A stretch of DNA of 64,000 nt from Bdellovibrionales bacterium (GCA_965203275.1 OZ241865.1:1856001-1920000), one strand, 5' to 3'. Counted from the stretch's first letter, positions 22,125 to 33,040 are shown. Program-made: numbers and translations. Notes: generated by a model from the sequence alone, not told the origin.

Positions 22125-22873
22125 TGATAAAAATTAAACGAAAAAATCCTCCTGAGACCAAAATGGACAAAAACAGAGATAAAGAGATCAATAAACTCAG
22201 AGAGCAAAATGATAAAAATCAAAAACTGAAGTTTGAATCAAAGTATTGGGGATCAGGTTCTGGCGTTAAAGAGTTTCTTTTTCAATCTCAACATGGTAAA
22301 TGTTGTTATTGTGAAAGAAAAAGAGACCAAAGGGAGCTTGATGTGGAACATTTTAGACCAAAAGCCCGATTAAAAGGTTGCCAAGAACATAAAGGTTATT
22401 GGTGGAAAGCTTATGATTTGGATAATTTGTTGATCTCTTGTAAAAAATGTAACCAGGAATATAAAAAAGATAAATTCCCATTAGAGGATGAAAGTCAAAG
22501 AGCATATAATGAAAAAGACGATTTAACAAAAGAAAAGCCAATTTTAATCAATCCTCTAACGGAAAATCCAGAAGATTTTATAGAGTATGATCTTTCTCAA
22601 AATAAACCATTGATGATTAAAGCCATTGGGAAAAACAAAAGGGGCCAACAGACAGTCAATCCATTAACTGGCATCAATGATCAAGCACTACTTGAAGAAC
22701 GAGCAAAAAAGTTTTACATGCTAAGGTTAATTGTTTTATCTCAGGCATCTCAACAAAAGGATATATCAATAAAAGATGCAATTAAAGAATATCAAAAATC
22801 TTCAAATGCTCTTGCAGGGTTTGCAAGGTTTTATTTTAGGCATTGTTTTAACTCTCAGGGAGGTCTCAAATGA
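22124..22873 (+). CDS. HNH endonuclease (PtuB-like)
   Basis: KCCYCE...DVEHFRPK...NLLISCKKCN; ATG overlaps upstream TAA (TAATG). Confidence 0.85.
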   Translation: MIKIKRKNPPETKMDKNRDKEINKLREQNDKNQKLKFESKYWGSGSGVKEFLFQSQHGKCCYCERKRDQRELDVEHFRPKARLKGCQEHKGYWWKAYDLDNLLISCKKCNQEYKKDKFPLEDESQRAYNEKDDLTKEKPILINPLTENPEDFIEYDLSQNKPLMIKAIGKNKRGQQTVNPLTGINDQALLEERAKKFYMLRLIVLSQASQQKDISIKDAIKEYQKSSNALAGFARFYFRHCFNSQGGLK

Positions 22874-24030
22874 TTCATCAGCTCATATCTAAAAACCTTT
22901 TACCTTCTCGCACTCCCTATTTTCTTATTGATAAAGAAAAACTTAAAAACAAAGCATCTTTCCATAAAAAAATAGCAGAGGAATCTAAAATAAAAATCAT
23001 CTACTCTCTCAAAACATTTTCTCATATAGAACCTCTTAAGGAAATTGCAAAATATGTCACAGGGTTTTCTGCTAGTTCACTCTTTGAAGCCAAACTAGCA
23101 AAGCAATTGAGCAATAATAAATACACTATTCATTTTGTTAGTCCAGGTATCCAATATAGCCAATGGAATGACCTATCTGAATTAATTCAGTTTATGACCT
23201 TTAACTCTTTAGAACAATTGACAAGATTTCAAAACGATCTGCACTCTCAAGTAAGCTATGGCATTCGCATTAATCCAGAAATATCTTTTATTAAAGATGA
23301 TCGTTATAATCCTTGTAGGCGATCTTCTAAGCTAGGTGTTCCTCTCTCAAATATTTTGGAATTTTTAAAAAACTCTAAACTTAAAAATAAACTGACAGGG
23401 CTACATTTTCATAATAATCATGATAGTTTTGATATATCTGAACTGAAAAAAACATTTCATCAAATAGAATCTTCTTTAGGAGAGCATCTTAAGCATTTCC
23501 ATTGGATTAACTTAGGAGGCGGTTATAGTTACACTCAAGAAAATATATCTGATTTTTATAAATTAATAGAATACATCAAGCAAAAATATGATTTTAAACA
23601 AATGATTATAGAGCCTGGGACTTCTTTTGTTAAAGATTGTGTTTATTTAGTTTCTTCTGTTATTGATATTTTTCAAAGAGATGGGCAAGATGTTGCTATT
23701 TTGGATACCACTACAAATCACTTACCAGAAATTCTTGAATACCAATTTATACCTCTTATCTCAAATACAGATACATCAGGTGTTTATAAATATTTACTTT
23801 CTGGTTGTAGTTGTCTTGCAGGAGATCTTTTTGGTAGTCATTCCTTTAAAAGTCCACTTGAAATAGGATCAAAGATCATATTTAAGGAAGTGGGTAGTTA
23901 CTCCTTAGTTAAATCTCATTTTTTCAATGGTATTAACTTACCTGATATTTATTATTTAGAAGACAACAAAAATATAAGGGAGATAAAAATTCACACATTT
24001 GAAGATTATATAAGACGTTGCGGAGGATAA
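22870..24030 (+). CDS. PLP-dependent decarboxylase, carboxynorspermidine decarboxylase-like
   Basis: YSLK lysine, RYNPC..SKLGV, HFH, NLGGG, EPG, CLAGD. Confidence 0.8.
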   Translation: MIHQLISKNLLPSRTPYFLIDKEKLKNKASFHKKIAEESKIKIIYSLKTFSHIEPLKEIAKYVTGFSASSLFEAKLAKQLSNNKYTIHFVSPGIQYSQWNDLSELIQFMTFNSLEQLTRFQNDLHSQVSYGIRINPEISFIKDDRYNPCRRSSKLGVPLSNILEFLKNSKLKNKLTGLHFHNNHDSFDISELKKTFHQIESSLGEHLKHFHWINLGGGYSYTQENISDFYKLIEYIKQKYDFKQMIIEPGTSFVKDCVYLVSSVIDIFQRDGQDVAILDTTTNHLPEILEYQFIPLISNTDTSGVYKYLLSGCSCLAGDLFGSHSFKSPLEIGSKIIFKEVGSYSLVKSHFFNGINLPDIYYLEDNKNIREIKIHTFEDYIRRCGG

Positions 24031-24058
24031 GGTAACATGTTGCGGAGGATGAGATAAC

Positions 24059-25360
24059 ATGCAATGTTTTGAAAAGGAAGTCTTAATTCCAAAGCATCAA
24101 AAAAATCAAGGATTGCTTGATCATTTTAAAAAGGAAACTCTTAGTTCATTAAACAAAGAAAGATTACTCCCAATAAGATTAATTGTTACAAACAGCTTAG
24201 GTTCAACATATAAATGTGAAGTAAGTGTTGTAGACACAAAAGAAGATAACGATTTTACAGAGATAGAAAATTTATTTAAGTTTGAAAAAAGATTATATGA
24301 AAATACAAAAAATTTCAATGTTGTTTTACTCATCCCTACAGGCATCGACTGTGAAATTGGAGGCCATGCTGGAGATGCCACTCCAGTAGCAAGGCTTTTA
24401 GCGACTTCTTGTGATCATTTAATTCTTCACCCTAATGTTTGCAATGCATCAGATATTAATGAGATGCCTGAAAATAGTCTCTATGTGGAAGGAGGTGTGA
24501 TCAGCCGTCTTATGATGGGTACTATTGGATTGCAACCTACTAGGTCAAATAGAATTTTAGCCATTATAGATAAGAATAAGCATACTTATATCAAAAACAT
24601 TGCAATCAATGCTATCAATGCAGCAAGAGCCACATTAGGTATTGATTGTTTAGATATTATAGAACTTTCTCATCCTCTCTCTATGACATCAAATTATTCA
24701 TCTTCAAAGAGGGCTGTTGGCCATATTGAAAACTTAGATATTTTATTTTCCACCTTAAAAGAATACAAAAGTACTTATGATGCTCTTGCTATTTCTTCAA
24801 TAATTAAAGTACCTCAAAATTATCACGCAGATTATTTTCAAGGTAGTATGATCAATCCATGGGGAGGGATAGAAGCGATGCTAACTCATGCTCTTTCTTA
24901 TAAGCTCAACATACCTTCTGCTCATGCCCCTATGTGTGAAGCTCCTGAAATAGCAAACATGGATCCTGGAATTGTAGACGCTAGAATGTCTGCGGAGGCT
25001 ATTTCAACTTCTTTTTTCTACAGTGTGCTGAAAGGACTTTATAAAAGCCCTAAGATTATAACGAATAAAGATATATTTTACACAAATGATATTTTCTCAG
25101 TTAAAGATATATCTTGCTTAATTATACCAGCAGGTTGTTTAGGAATACCGACTTTAGCTGCACTAGAACAAGGAATTAAAGTCATTGCTGTCAAAGAAAA
25201 CAAAAATCTTATGCAAAATGATTTATCAGATCTTCCGTGGGCTAAAGGGCAATTTATTCAAGTAGATAATTACTTAGAAGCTACTGGTGTTTTAAATGCT
25301 ATTAAAAGTGGTATTTCATCATCTTCTGTCAGGCGTCCACTCAACACACTTAAAAATTAA
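24059..25360 (+). CDS. DUF3326-like protein
   Basis: IPTGIDCEIGGHAGDATP, HPNVCNASDINE, NPWGGIEA, SAHAP. Confidence 0.75.
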   Translation: MQCFEKEVLIPKHQKNQGLLDHFKKETLSSLNKERLLPIRLIVTNSLGSTYKCEVSVVDTKEDNDFTEIENLFKFEKRLYENTKNFNVVLLIPTGIDCEIGGHAGDATPVARLLATSCDHLILHPNVCNASDINEMPENSLYVEGGVISRLMMGTIGLQPTRSNRILAIIDKNKHTYIKNIAINAINAARATLGIDCLDIIELSHPLSMTSNYSSSKRAVGHIENLDILFSTLKEYKSTYDALAISSIIKVPQNYHADYFQGSMINPWGGIEAMLTHALSYKLNIPSAHAPMCEAPEIANMDPGIVDARMSAEAISTSFFYSVLKGLYKSPKIITNKDIFYTNDIFSVKDISCLIIPAGCLGIPTLAALEQGIKVIAVKENKNLMQNDLSDLPWAKGQFIQVDNYLEATGVLNAIKSGISSSSVRRPLNTLKN

Positions 25361-25448
25361 CCTTATAAAAAATGATAAAAATTAAACGAAGAGATCATCC
25401 TAAGGACAAAATGGAGCAAGACAGAAATAAAAAACTCAATAAGGAAGC

Positions 25449-26312
25449 TTGCAAATGCTATCAGATAAAATCATTGATAAAAAAGGATATTCTTTTAACA
25501 AAGCAAACGATAGCTTTTTTGATCTACAACCTCAGTTGACAACTCGATCGCCCTTACGTTATCCAGGAGGAAAGAGCCGAGCTGTGTCGGCTATCCTTCC
25601 TTATATACCAGCAGGTACAAAAAAAATCTGTTCTCCTTTTTTTGGTGGAGGTTCTTTAGAACTTGCTTTGATGAATCGTGGCATGACAATATTAGGTTCT
25701 GATATTTTTCCTCCACTTGTAGATTTTTGGCAAGAAACAATTAAAAATCCTATAAAGCTTTCCAAGCAGGTTCAAAAATATTTTCCACTTTTAAAGAATA
25801 AATTTTACACTCTTCAGAAAAATTACACCAGTTTGCCAGATCAACTTCAGAGAGCAGCAGTTTTCTTTGTACTTAATAGATGTTCTTTCTCCGGAACGAC
25901 TCTTTCAGGGGGCATGTCTCCAGGTCATCCTCGATTTACTCCATCAGCCATAGATAGACTAAGAAATTTCCATTCAGTTGGATTGACAGTCAAACAAGCC
26001 GATTACAAAGTAGCTCTTAGAGAAAATGCAGACATACTAGCTTACCTTGATCCACCCTATCTTATTGAAAGTGATAATCTTTATGGAGCTAGAGGGGATA
26101 CTCATAAAGGATTTAACCATGAAGAATTAGCTTCTATACTTAAGATGCATGATCGCTGGATACTTTCTTATAATGATTGCCTAAAAATCAGAAAGTTCTA
26201 TAAATATGCACGCATATTCAAACCTCGATGGGCATACGGTATGTCTAACAGCAAAAAATCAGCAGAACTTTTAATTATTAGTCCAAGTCTTTCAAAGAGG
26301 CTTTCCAAATGA
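25449..26312 (+). CDS. DNA adenine methyltransferase, Dam/D12 class (start uncertain)
   Basis: RYPGGKS, PFFGGGS, YLDPPY, LSYND. Confidence 0.88.
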   Translation: MQMLSDKIIDKKGYSFNKANDSFFDLQPQLTTRSPLRYPGGKSRAVSAILPYIPAGTKKICSPFFGGGSLELALMNRGMTILGSDIFPPLVDFWQETIKNPIKLSKQVQKYFPLLKNKFYTLQKNYTSLPDQLQRAAVFFVLNRCSFSGTTLSGGMSPGHPRFTPSAIDRLRNFHSVGLTVKQADYKVALRENADILAYLDPPYLIESDNLYGARGDTHKGFNHEELASILKMHDRWILSYNDCLKIRKFYKYARIFKPRWAYGMSNSKKSAELLIISPSLSKRLSK

Positions 26313-26839
26313 AAAAATATATTTTTATTCTATTTATAACCTTGCTTGTTTCTAGCGATTCTCTAGGGCATATAGACTATCCAAATCCCTATCAACTCAT
26401 GTTGCTTGTTTCTAGCGATTCTCAATTATCTAAGATCTGTTCTGAGGTCCTTATGCCCAAATCTCAAAAAGCTATTAAAGATGGCTTATGGGCCTTAAGT
26501 GAGAGTGAATTATTGATGCTCAATAATGACTTACTAAAGTTTGTTCGTGTCGGTGACCCTAAATCGGTAAGGGAATTGCTAGCGGCCGGTGCAGACGTCG
26601 ATTATCAGGACAATGATGGCCATACGGCTTTAATGATAGCCGCTCTTAAAGGCCATACTGAGCTTGTAAGGCTATTGATAGCGGCCGGTGCAGACGTCAA
26701 TCTTCAAGACAATAATGGCAATACGGTTTTAAAGCTATTAATAGAGTCTGGAATAGATGTCAAAGGTGCTTTACTGTATGCTCTTGAAAGAGGCCCTAAT
26801 ATTGTAGGGCTATTGATAGCGGCCGGTGCTACAGAATAA
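26309..26839 (+). CDS. Secreted ankyrin-repeat protein
   Basis: Signal peptide; GHTALMIAA...LLIAAGADVN; ends GATE. Confidence 0.9.
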   Translation: MKKYIFILFITLLVSSDSLGHIDYPNPYQLMLLVSSDSQLSKICSEVLMPKSQKAIKDGLWALSESELLMLNNDLLKFVRVGDPKSVRELLAAGADVDYQDNDGHTALMIAALKGHTELVRLLIAAGADVNLQDNNGNTVLKLLIESGIDVKGALLYALERGPNIVGLLIAAGATE

Positions 26840-26909
26840 GACCACTTCTATATTTGTCTCACATATCAATCTTTAGTCTTGTATTGATTGCCATGCCTTC
26901 AAAGAGCGA

Positions 26910-27527
26910 ATGAAAAGACTTTTAAATGATATTGAAATTTTAAAGCTGAATATAGGCATTATTTGTGTTGCTTATATGAGAAAAGAAAGGGCTACAGTGG
27001 ACTCTTTACATTCCTTATATGGAAGTGGGGTCCAAAGTCAAGTGGCAACGGCAGTGTGGAAAGTTAGAGAAAAAAAAGACGATTCAGGCTATATCCTATC
27101 TTTAGAGAAGTCCAACTGGCATAAAAATAAGAGACATGGTGGATTTGAGTATAATATTGTCGGTAAGGAAATACCAAATAAGTTTATAGCTACTGGTGTT
27201 GAATTATCAGACGAGGATAAGCAATTTGGAGCGATTGAGAACTTAACATATTTAGATTTGAGTTATAATGACTTAAAAAAGTTATGTGTCGATGATTTGC
27301 CAAATCAAGTCAAAAAAGACGAAAAAAATACAATAATAAGGAAAATACTTGATGGTAAGGATAAAATACAACTAAAAGAAGTCAAATCAATGGCAATCCA
27401 AAGAGGTTTAACACCATCATTCCTTAGATATAACCTAAGAGAGATATATCTTATCTTAGATTATAAGCTCATAGCCGAAGGCAAGCCTCCGGATAGAATA
27501 TATTATCTAGTCAAAAATAAGCATTAA
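26910..27527 (+). pseudogene. C-terminal fragment of a phage/plasmid RepA-like helicase (tentative)
   Basis: MRK...GSG...LEKSN pattern resembles the end of RecA-like helicases; no Walker A visible. Confidence 0.4.
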
Positions 27528-27530
27528 TCT

Positions 27531-27679
27531 TAGGATTGACATTTTAGGATTGACACACACACCGAAAAACGTCAATCCTAACAATCCTATGTTGAAACCC
27601 ATTTTTTTTGAGTTTCACGGCTTTTTCACAAAAAAACATCAATTTTAAATGAATTTTCAATTTTAAAACGTCAATCCTA
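27531..27679. repeat. Iteron-like TAGGATTGAC direct and inverted repeats
   Basis: Direct at 27531 and 27545; inverted at 27571 and 27670, partial at 27582. Confidence 0.7.
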
Positions 27680-27933
27680 AAATTGATGCCGGGATTTATA
27701 GCTGAAAGTGGGTTTATTTGCATATCAGGATTATTAAATTGGAATTAAGAATCGTGAAACCTACTTTTTAGTCGGTTTCGTGGCAAATATAGCTATGATC
27801 CGCACAAAAAAAGACCGTATTTTATAAATGCGGCCAATATTTAGATAAAAGTGTTGTATTATTTTTATCGGCATCTATTGACTTTTCTTTACTTTTAACT
27901 TAAAAGGCTTATAATAAAATAAGGAAGGTCAAA

Positions 27934-28164
27934 ATGAAATTAAAAGAAAGTGCAATTTTTTTAGGAACATTTATATTTGGTATCTTTGGTGTTGTGGCAA
28001 GTTTATTTTATATAGGTGATATATTGAATGATCCTATACGAACACAAATAAGTCATATTGAACAAAGAATTGATGATGTTGAAGATAAGATTGATGATAT
28101 GGCTAAACAAAATGAAGAGTTTCAAAAGGAAGTGAGAACATTTATTAAAGCCTCAAATAATTAA
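27934..28164 (+). CDS. Small membrane-anchored coiled-coil protein
   Basis: RBS GGAAGG; TM helix followed by heptad pattern. Confidence 0.65.
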   Translation: MKLKESAIFLGTFIFGIFGVVASLFYIGDILNDPIRTQISHIEQRIDDVEDKIDDMAKQNEEFQKEVRTFIKASNN

Positions 28165-28344
28165 CATTATCCAAAGAGGGTGATATAAAATAATTTCTAC
28201 TATTGTAGATAAAATTCATGATTCCATATCAAAAGAGGCTTGATAACCTCTTTTTTTTTGTATATATTAAGATTGATTATCGTAAGGCCCTCCGAGGGCA
28301 ACTGACACAACACCAAACCGCTAATTTTGATAAGGATTGCTTAT

Positions 28345-28680
28345 ATGGATAAGAAAGAAACTGAGAATAATAAGAAAGTATTGTATGGCAATCTTTTACT
28401 GACTTTGTTTGATAAAATGAAAGATAAAGGGATAGATGTTTTTAAGTTTGTAGATTATTTCATAAAGGCAAGTAACGAGGCATCGATGATAATGAAAGAA
28501 AATAAAGAGAAGGCAGATATTTACATAGATGAGCAGTATAAAAGAATGAATCCTGAAGAGCAGTTTTATTGTCGAATACTTTCTCTTCTTTTATCTTTGG
28601 CATCTTTTGATAAGATAAATGGTGTTGATATGATCAATAGAGCTTATCATGTACACAAAAAACCAATAGATCAAAGATAG
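28345..28680 (+). CDS. Hypothetical protein
   Basis: ORF with probable ATG start MDKKE. Confidence 0.5.
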   Translation: MDKKETENNKKVLYGNLLLTLFDKMKDKGIDVFKFVDYFIKASNEASMIMKENKEKADIYIDEQYKRMNPEEQFYCRILSLLLSLASFDKINGVDMINRAYHVHKKPIDQR

Positions 28681-28928
28681 AATACAGATCAATAAACACT
28701 TGAAAAAAATACCATCTCTAAAAAAGAAATTCTATTCTTTGAGTCTCTTCAAATTAAGCATCGGGCGGGGCGAGTGGGTGGGGTTTGCTCTTTGGACAAA
28801 AAAATCAAAGAATCCCATAAAAAAGACTATTTGGAGTTATTTTGAATTAAAAAAAAGTGGAAAAAACCCTTGTTTTCCGGAAAAGCAAATCGGCATGACA
28901 AAAAAAGACCATAGAGTTAAATTAAGGC

Positions 28929-29246
28929 ATGACTAAGAAATCTCAAAATTCAAATTCAGATAAAAAAAAGACATATTATCACCGGAAAGCATGGAAGGTT
29001 TTAAGATTAGAAATCTTAAGAGAGCAACCTTATTGTAGAATGTGCTTAAAGAAACGTATTTTTACCAAAGCGACCCATATTGATCATATTAACGGCTTTA
29101 ATAATGAGGATGAGTTCTTTGATAGAGATAATCTTCAAGCTTTATGTTTGCCTTGCCATTCAAGTAAAACCCATGCGGCCGGGGGCGACGACTGGTTTCG
29201 TCGACGAAAGGCCAAACTCGGAGTTATAGAATATTTTGATTATTAA
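28929..29246 (+). CDS. Phage-type HNH endonuclease
   Basis: W..LR...LREQPYCRMC...HIDHI...NLQALCLPCHSSKT. Confidence 0.85.
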   Translation: MTKKSQNSNSDKKKTYYHRKAWKVLRLEILREQPYCRMCLKKRIFTKATHIDHINGFNNEDEFFDRDNLQALCLPCHSSKTHAAGGDDWFRRRKAKLGVIEYFDY

Positions 29247-29600
29247 ATGGTCGATTTTCAACTTCTAAGCTCAACTGCCTGTAAGCCAATAACCATCACA
29301 AAAAACTCATATTTTTTTTGTTAAGACCTCGCAATCGTTAGAGGCTGAGTCCCCACAAGGGACTCCATACCATGTTTTTTATCCTAAAGTAAGTCTGAAA
29401 GCCCTGCCGATAGAGTATCTTGACGTATTTTGTCTACATTGACCATTTTTGTCTCCCATCAGAAGACCTGGGTTACTTCACTTTAGTATTTGCAGGGTTT
29501 TTAGTCTATTAGACAAAAAAACAATTATGGCCTATACTTTGCAGGTATATACTTTAATATTATTTCTTTATTCCATAAAACTAAAAAACACGGAGTTAAA

Positions 29601-30593
29601 GTGAGTATTAAATTTTATAAAACCATATTGTTAGTTGTATTTTGTTTATCTTTCATAAGTCCTATAAATTTACAAGCCTATTGTCAATTTGAAGGATGCG
29701 GTGGTTCAAGCAATTTAGATGAAGCCCCTCTTACACTTCAAGAAGCTCAGGAAATAAAGGAATTCTACACGTCTGTTGAACGTGCCTTATCAGAAAACCT
29801 TGAGGTCCTATCAGATGGTACATATCAAGTGACCTTTCCTCAAAATATAAATGTTTTATTGGGTACGGGAATGGCCGTGGTAGCTGGAGATCATGGTGGT
29901 TGGCCTAATAAAGTTAAGACGCCATCTAGATCGGACTCGGACATTCGAATTAGCAATGAAAGATGGGAGACGAATAATAGAGTTTTAAGGGATTTTTTTA
30001 GAAATAGACCTCATACATCTATAAAAGGGGATGGGTTTTTAAGGGGTGGTTTTTTAGGAATGACCGAAATGACAATTAATATTGATGATCCCAGAGGAAA
30101 ATATGCCCTTCTTATTAAGCGTACAAGAAGTGATGGTTGGGAATATAATAAAGTATTTTTCTATCGTAAATTTGATAGAAATTGGGTAGCATCCCCTACA
30201 TATTGGACTTTTGACCTGGGTTATTGGGAGAAGGATAGAAGAGCTGGTAGAAATTACTTAAATAACTTGGTCAACTCATTACAGTCAGATGATCCACAAG
30301 ATTTTGAAAACTACCTTAGAGCAAGGAGAATTAAATGGACCGGTGAGGTGTTCGCAAGAAAAATGATAAAAGCTGGTAGATTTGTAGGACGATGGACCTT
30401 TCGAGCTGTTTTAGCTGGTGCAAGTATTGTGGGCGGTCAAATGCTCTTTGAATATGCTCAAGAGAATCACCCGGAAGAAACAAAGCTTGTTATAGCTATC
30501 ACAAAAGAACAATGGGAAAAATTGGTCACTAACGTAAGAGGCATCATCGAAGAGCTTTCTGAAAATAACGTCCTTAATGAACTTGAATTATAA
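29601..30593 (+). CDS. Exported hypothetical protein
   Basis: GGAG RBS, signal peptide; first ~50 aa shared with ORF 31743. Confidence 0.7.
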   Translation: MSIKFYKTILLVVFCLSFISPINLQAYCQFEGCGGSSNLDEAPLTLQEAQEIKEFYTSVERALSENLEVLSDGTYQVTFPQNINVLLGTGMAVVAGDHGGWPNKVKTPSRSDSDIRISNERWETNNRVLRDFFRNRPHTSIKGDGFLRGGFLGMTEMTINIDDPRGKYALLIKRTRSDGWEYNKVFFYRKFDRNWVASPTYWTFDLGYWEKDRRAGRNYLNNLVNSLQSDDPQDFENYLRARRIKWTGEVFARKMIKAGRFVGRWTFRAVLAGASIVGGQMLFEYAQENHPEETKLVIAITKEQWEKLVTNVRGIIEELSENNVLNELEL

Positions 30594-31005
30594 GTCCTGA
30601 CTTTTAAGAGAATTGCTAGCGGCCAGAGCTACAGAATAATACCAATTCTATATTTGTCTTACATATCAATCTTTAGTCTTGTATTGATTGCCATGCCTTT
30701 TTTGAAGTCTCAAACATCGAAACCTTACAAACCATTCTATTAAAACTACTGGATGATACTTGATTGTCTTTTTTTTAGACTTTTGAGCTTTATCCATAAC
30801 CAAATACTCCCATATCTTTGAGTCTGATTATTTAAAACAAAAAAGTAAACAGATAACAATCTATGTTATGAAAATTCTTTATCGGGTTTTACAAAAATAT
30901 CAATCATCCGGTTTAGCAGGCACGTAGAGGATGACACAACTTTAAATATTTATTGAGTAAAAATAATAATGAAAAAGGATGTAAAACATGAAAAGCTTAC
31001 ATCTT

Positions 31006-31638
31006 AGTGGCATAAAATCCCTCTCGGCTTATAACCTATTGAAATCTCTCAAATTTATTTTTATAGGCTGTCAAACTCAAGACTTATTAGAAAGATTAGT
31101 TAATAGTTCGAATATCTTATCAAGACGTTGATTAACATGATCAAATTTTTGATTAGTTTGTTTTGCATTGTCATCAATTTTCTGATTAAGTGCCTTTATA
31201 TTGTCATCAATCTTCTGATTAAGTGCCTTAATATTGTCATCAATCTTCTGATTAAGTGCCTTAATATGATTAAGTGCCTTAATATTGTCTTCTATTTCTT
31301 TGATTTGTGAAGATAGATGGTTGTTTAAATATTTCTCTATATCATCTATTTGCTTTTTAAGAGGACCATTTAAAAATCTCATAATTATAATTAAGCTAGC
31401 TAAAATACTTAATAGCCCAATTCCAAAGCCGAATATTACTTCTAAAGTGCTATATGTTTCCATACTTTAATACCTCTACTTGATCAGTATACTATATAAA
31501 GGGATTTTGTCAACAGGTAACGATCAATTGTGACGCACTGTGCGTACAAAAGCTGACTTTGTAGTGGCACAAACCCTCCATTGGCTTATAACTTACTTAA
31601 TTTACTCAACTTTATTTTTTCAGGCTATCAAACTCAGG
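31006..31638 (+). mobile_element. Two orphan IS1634 right ends (31006-31081, 31562-31638)
   Basis: AGTGGCA.AAA...GGCT(G/A)TCAAACTCA(A/G)G matches 43339-43416. Confidence 0.7.
31077..31463 (-). CDS. TM-anchored coiled-coil protein with 11-aa repeats
   Basis: IKALNQKIDDN repeats; related to ORFs 44702, 50743 and 51166. Confidence 0.7.
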   Translation of the reverse strand: METYSTLEVIFGFGIGLLSILASLIIIMRFLNGPLKKQIDDIEKYLNNHLSSQIKEIEDNIKALNHIKALNQKIDDNIKALNQKIDDNIKALNQKIDDNAKQTNQKFDHVNQRLDKIFELLTNLSNKS

Positions 31639-31742
31639 ACAGGATTTATAATCTAGGCTTGACTTTAGAAAGGTTATGTGATATATTTGCTTTAAATTAA
31701 GTAAATTGTAAAACCTAAACCCTAAACAAAGAAGGAGTCAAA

Positions 31743-32833
31743 ATGAATATTAGGTTTTATCAAATCATGCTTTTAGTTGTATTTTGTTTATCTTTCATAA
31801 GTCCTATAAAATTGCAAGCCTATTGTCAATTTGAAGGATGCAGTGCTTCAAGCAATTTAGATGAAGCACCTCTTACACTTCAAGAAGCTCAACAAATAGA
31901 GTTAGGCTGGCAAAGACTTGTTCAAAAAATAACTAGCAACATTGAAAATATAGAAGAAGTCCCTGGTTTAGTGACTGATATGGAAAATATACTGCGACCA
32001 CATTCAGATTTGCTGTTCAATACTATCCCACAGATGCAAACTGATCCTGAATTTGAACCTTATATTAAAAGATATGAAGCTCTAAAAGCTCAATATACAG
32101 GCATTCATACATCTATAAGCACTAAAGTCTTCTTAAGTGCATCACCATTGCCTGTTAAAGATTATGAGTCATCATTAAAAAAGTCCCTGGTTTAGTGACT
32201 GATATGGAAAATATACTGCGACCACATTCAGATTTGCTGTTCAATACTATCCCACAGATGCAAACTGATCCTGAATTTGAACCTTATATTAAAAGATATG
32301 AAGCTCTAAAAGCTCAATATACAGGCATTCATACATCTATAAGCACTAAAGTCTTCTTAAGTGCATCACCATTGCCTGTTAAAGATTATGAGTCATCATT
32401 AAAAAAGTCTGCATTTTGTGTGTTACCACTTGATATAATTATAGTAGATCGAGATACTTGGGAACACTACCAAGATGAAGTCAGACAATTTATATTATTC
32501 CATGAATTAGGACACTGCGACTTAGATCAAGGTCATAATTCTAATCACATTATGGACACTTATAAAAGCAATCTTGATAAACCTGCCGTAATTAGAGAGA
32601 CAATAGATTGGGATCCACTTTATGAAGAATTTTTTTCAATGAAAGATACAAACGCTTCCACCATAATAATATGTCACGAAGGTAATTTTGAAATGTTTGA
32701 TGCTTATAGCTTAGCAGAAATTAAGAGGCGTGTTTCTACTGATGATCAACTACAACGCTGTGAATCGAAAGAAGATTTCTTAAACAAATACAATCAACTT
32801 CCCATAGTATTGAGGCATTTTCTAATCGAATAG
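31743..32833 (+). pseudogene. Exported zinc metalloprotease-like gene frameshifted by a 224-bp tandem duplication
   Basis: HELGHCDLDQGH motif; 31957-32180 repeated at 32181-32404. Confidence 0.75.
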
Positions 32834-32906
32834 GAACGACAGAAGACTTGACGAGCTAGAAAAGAAGTCCTTAATATTGTGGTGTGACATCAATAAAACA
32901 TAAAAT

Positions 32907-33040
32907 TTATGAGTGGGAGGCGGGGGCAGGCTGAAAGAGTTGGCTCACTAAAAGTAGCCAGAGGCTAGACCACTTTTAGTGAAAGAGAGGTGTGGTTCAT
33001 TTCAAGTGCAAAAGACGGCATGATTTATTTTGAGTGAAAT
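32907..33040. repeat. Degenerate module C/A fragments
   Basis: TAGCCAGAGGCTAGACCACTTTTAGTGAAA and related pieces. Confidence 0.65.

Noticed and set aside
20856..22873. Retron system
   Set aside because: Effector-like pair is present but there is no adjacent RT gene
24016..24061. 22-bp tandem duplication at the decarboxylase/DUF3326 junction
   Set aside because: Real but only duplicates the RBS region; no further significance supportable
28700..28936. 78-aa ORF upstream of the HNH gene
   Set aside because: TTG start, no clear RBS or motif; not supportable as a gene
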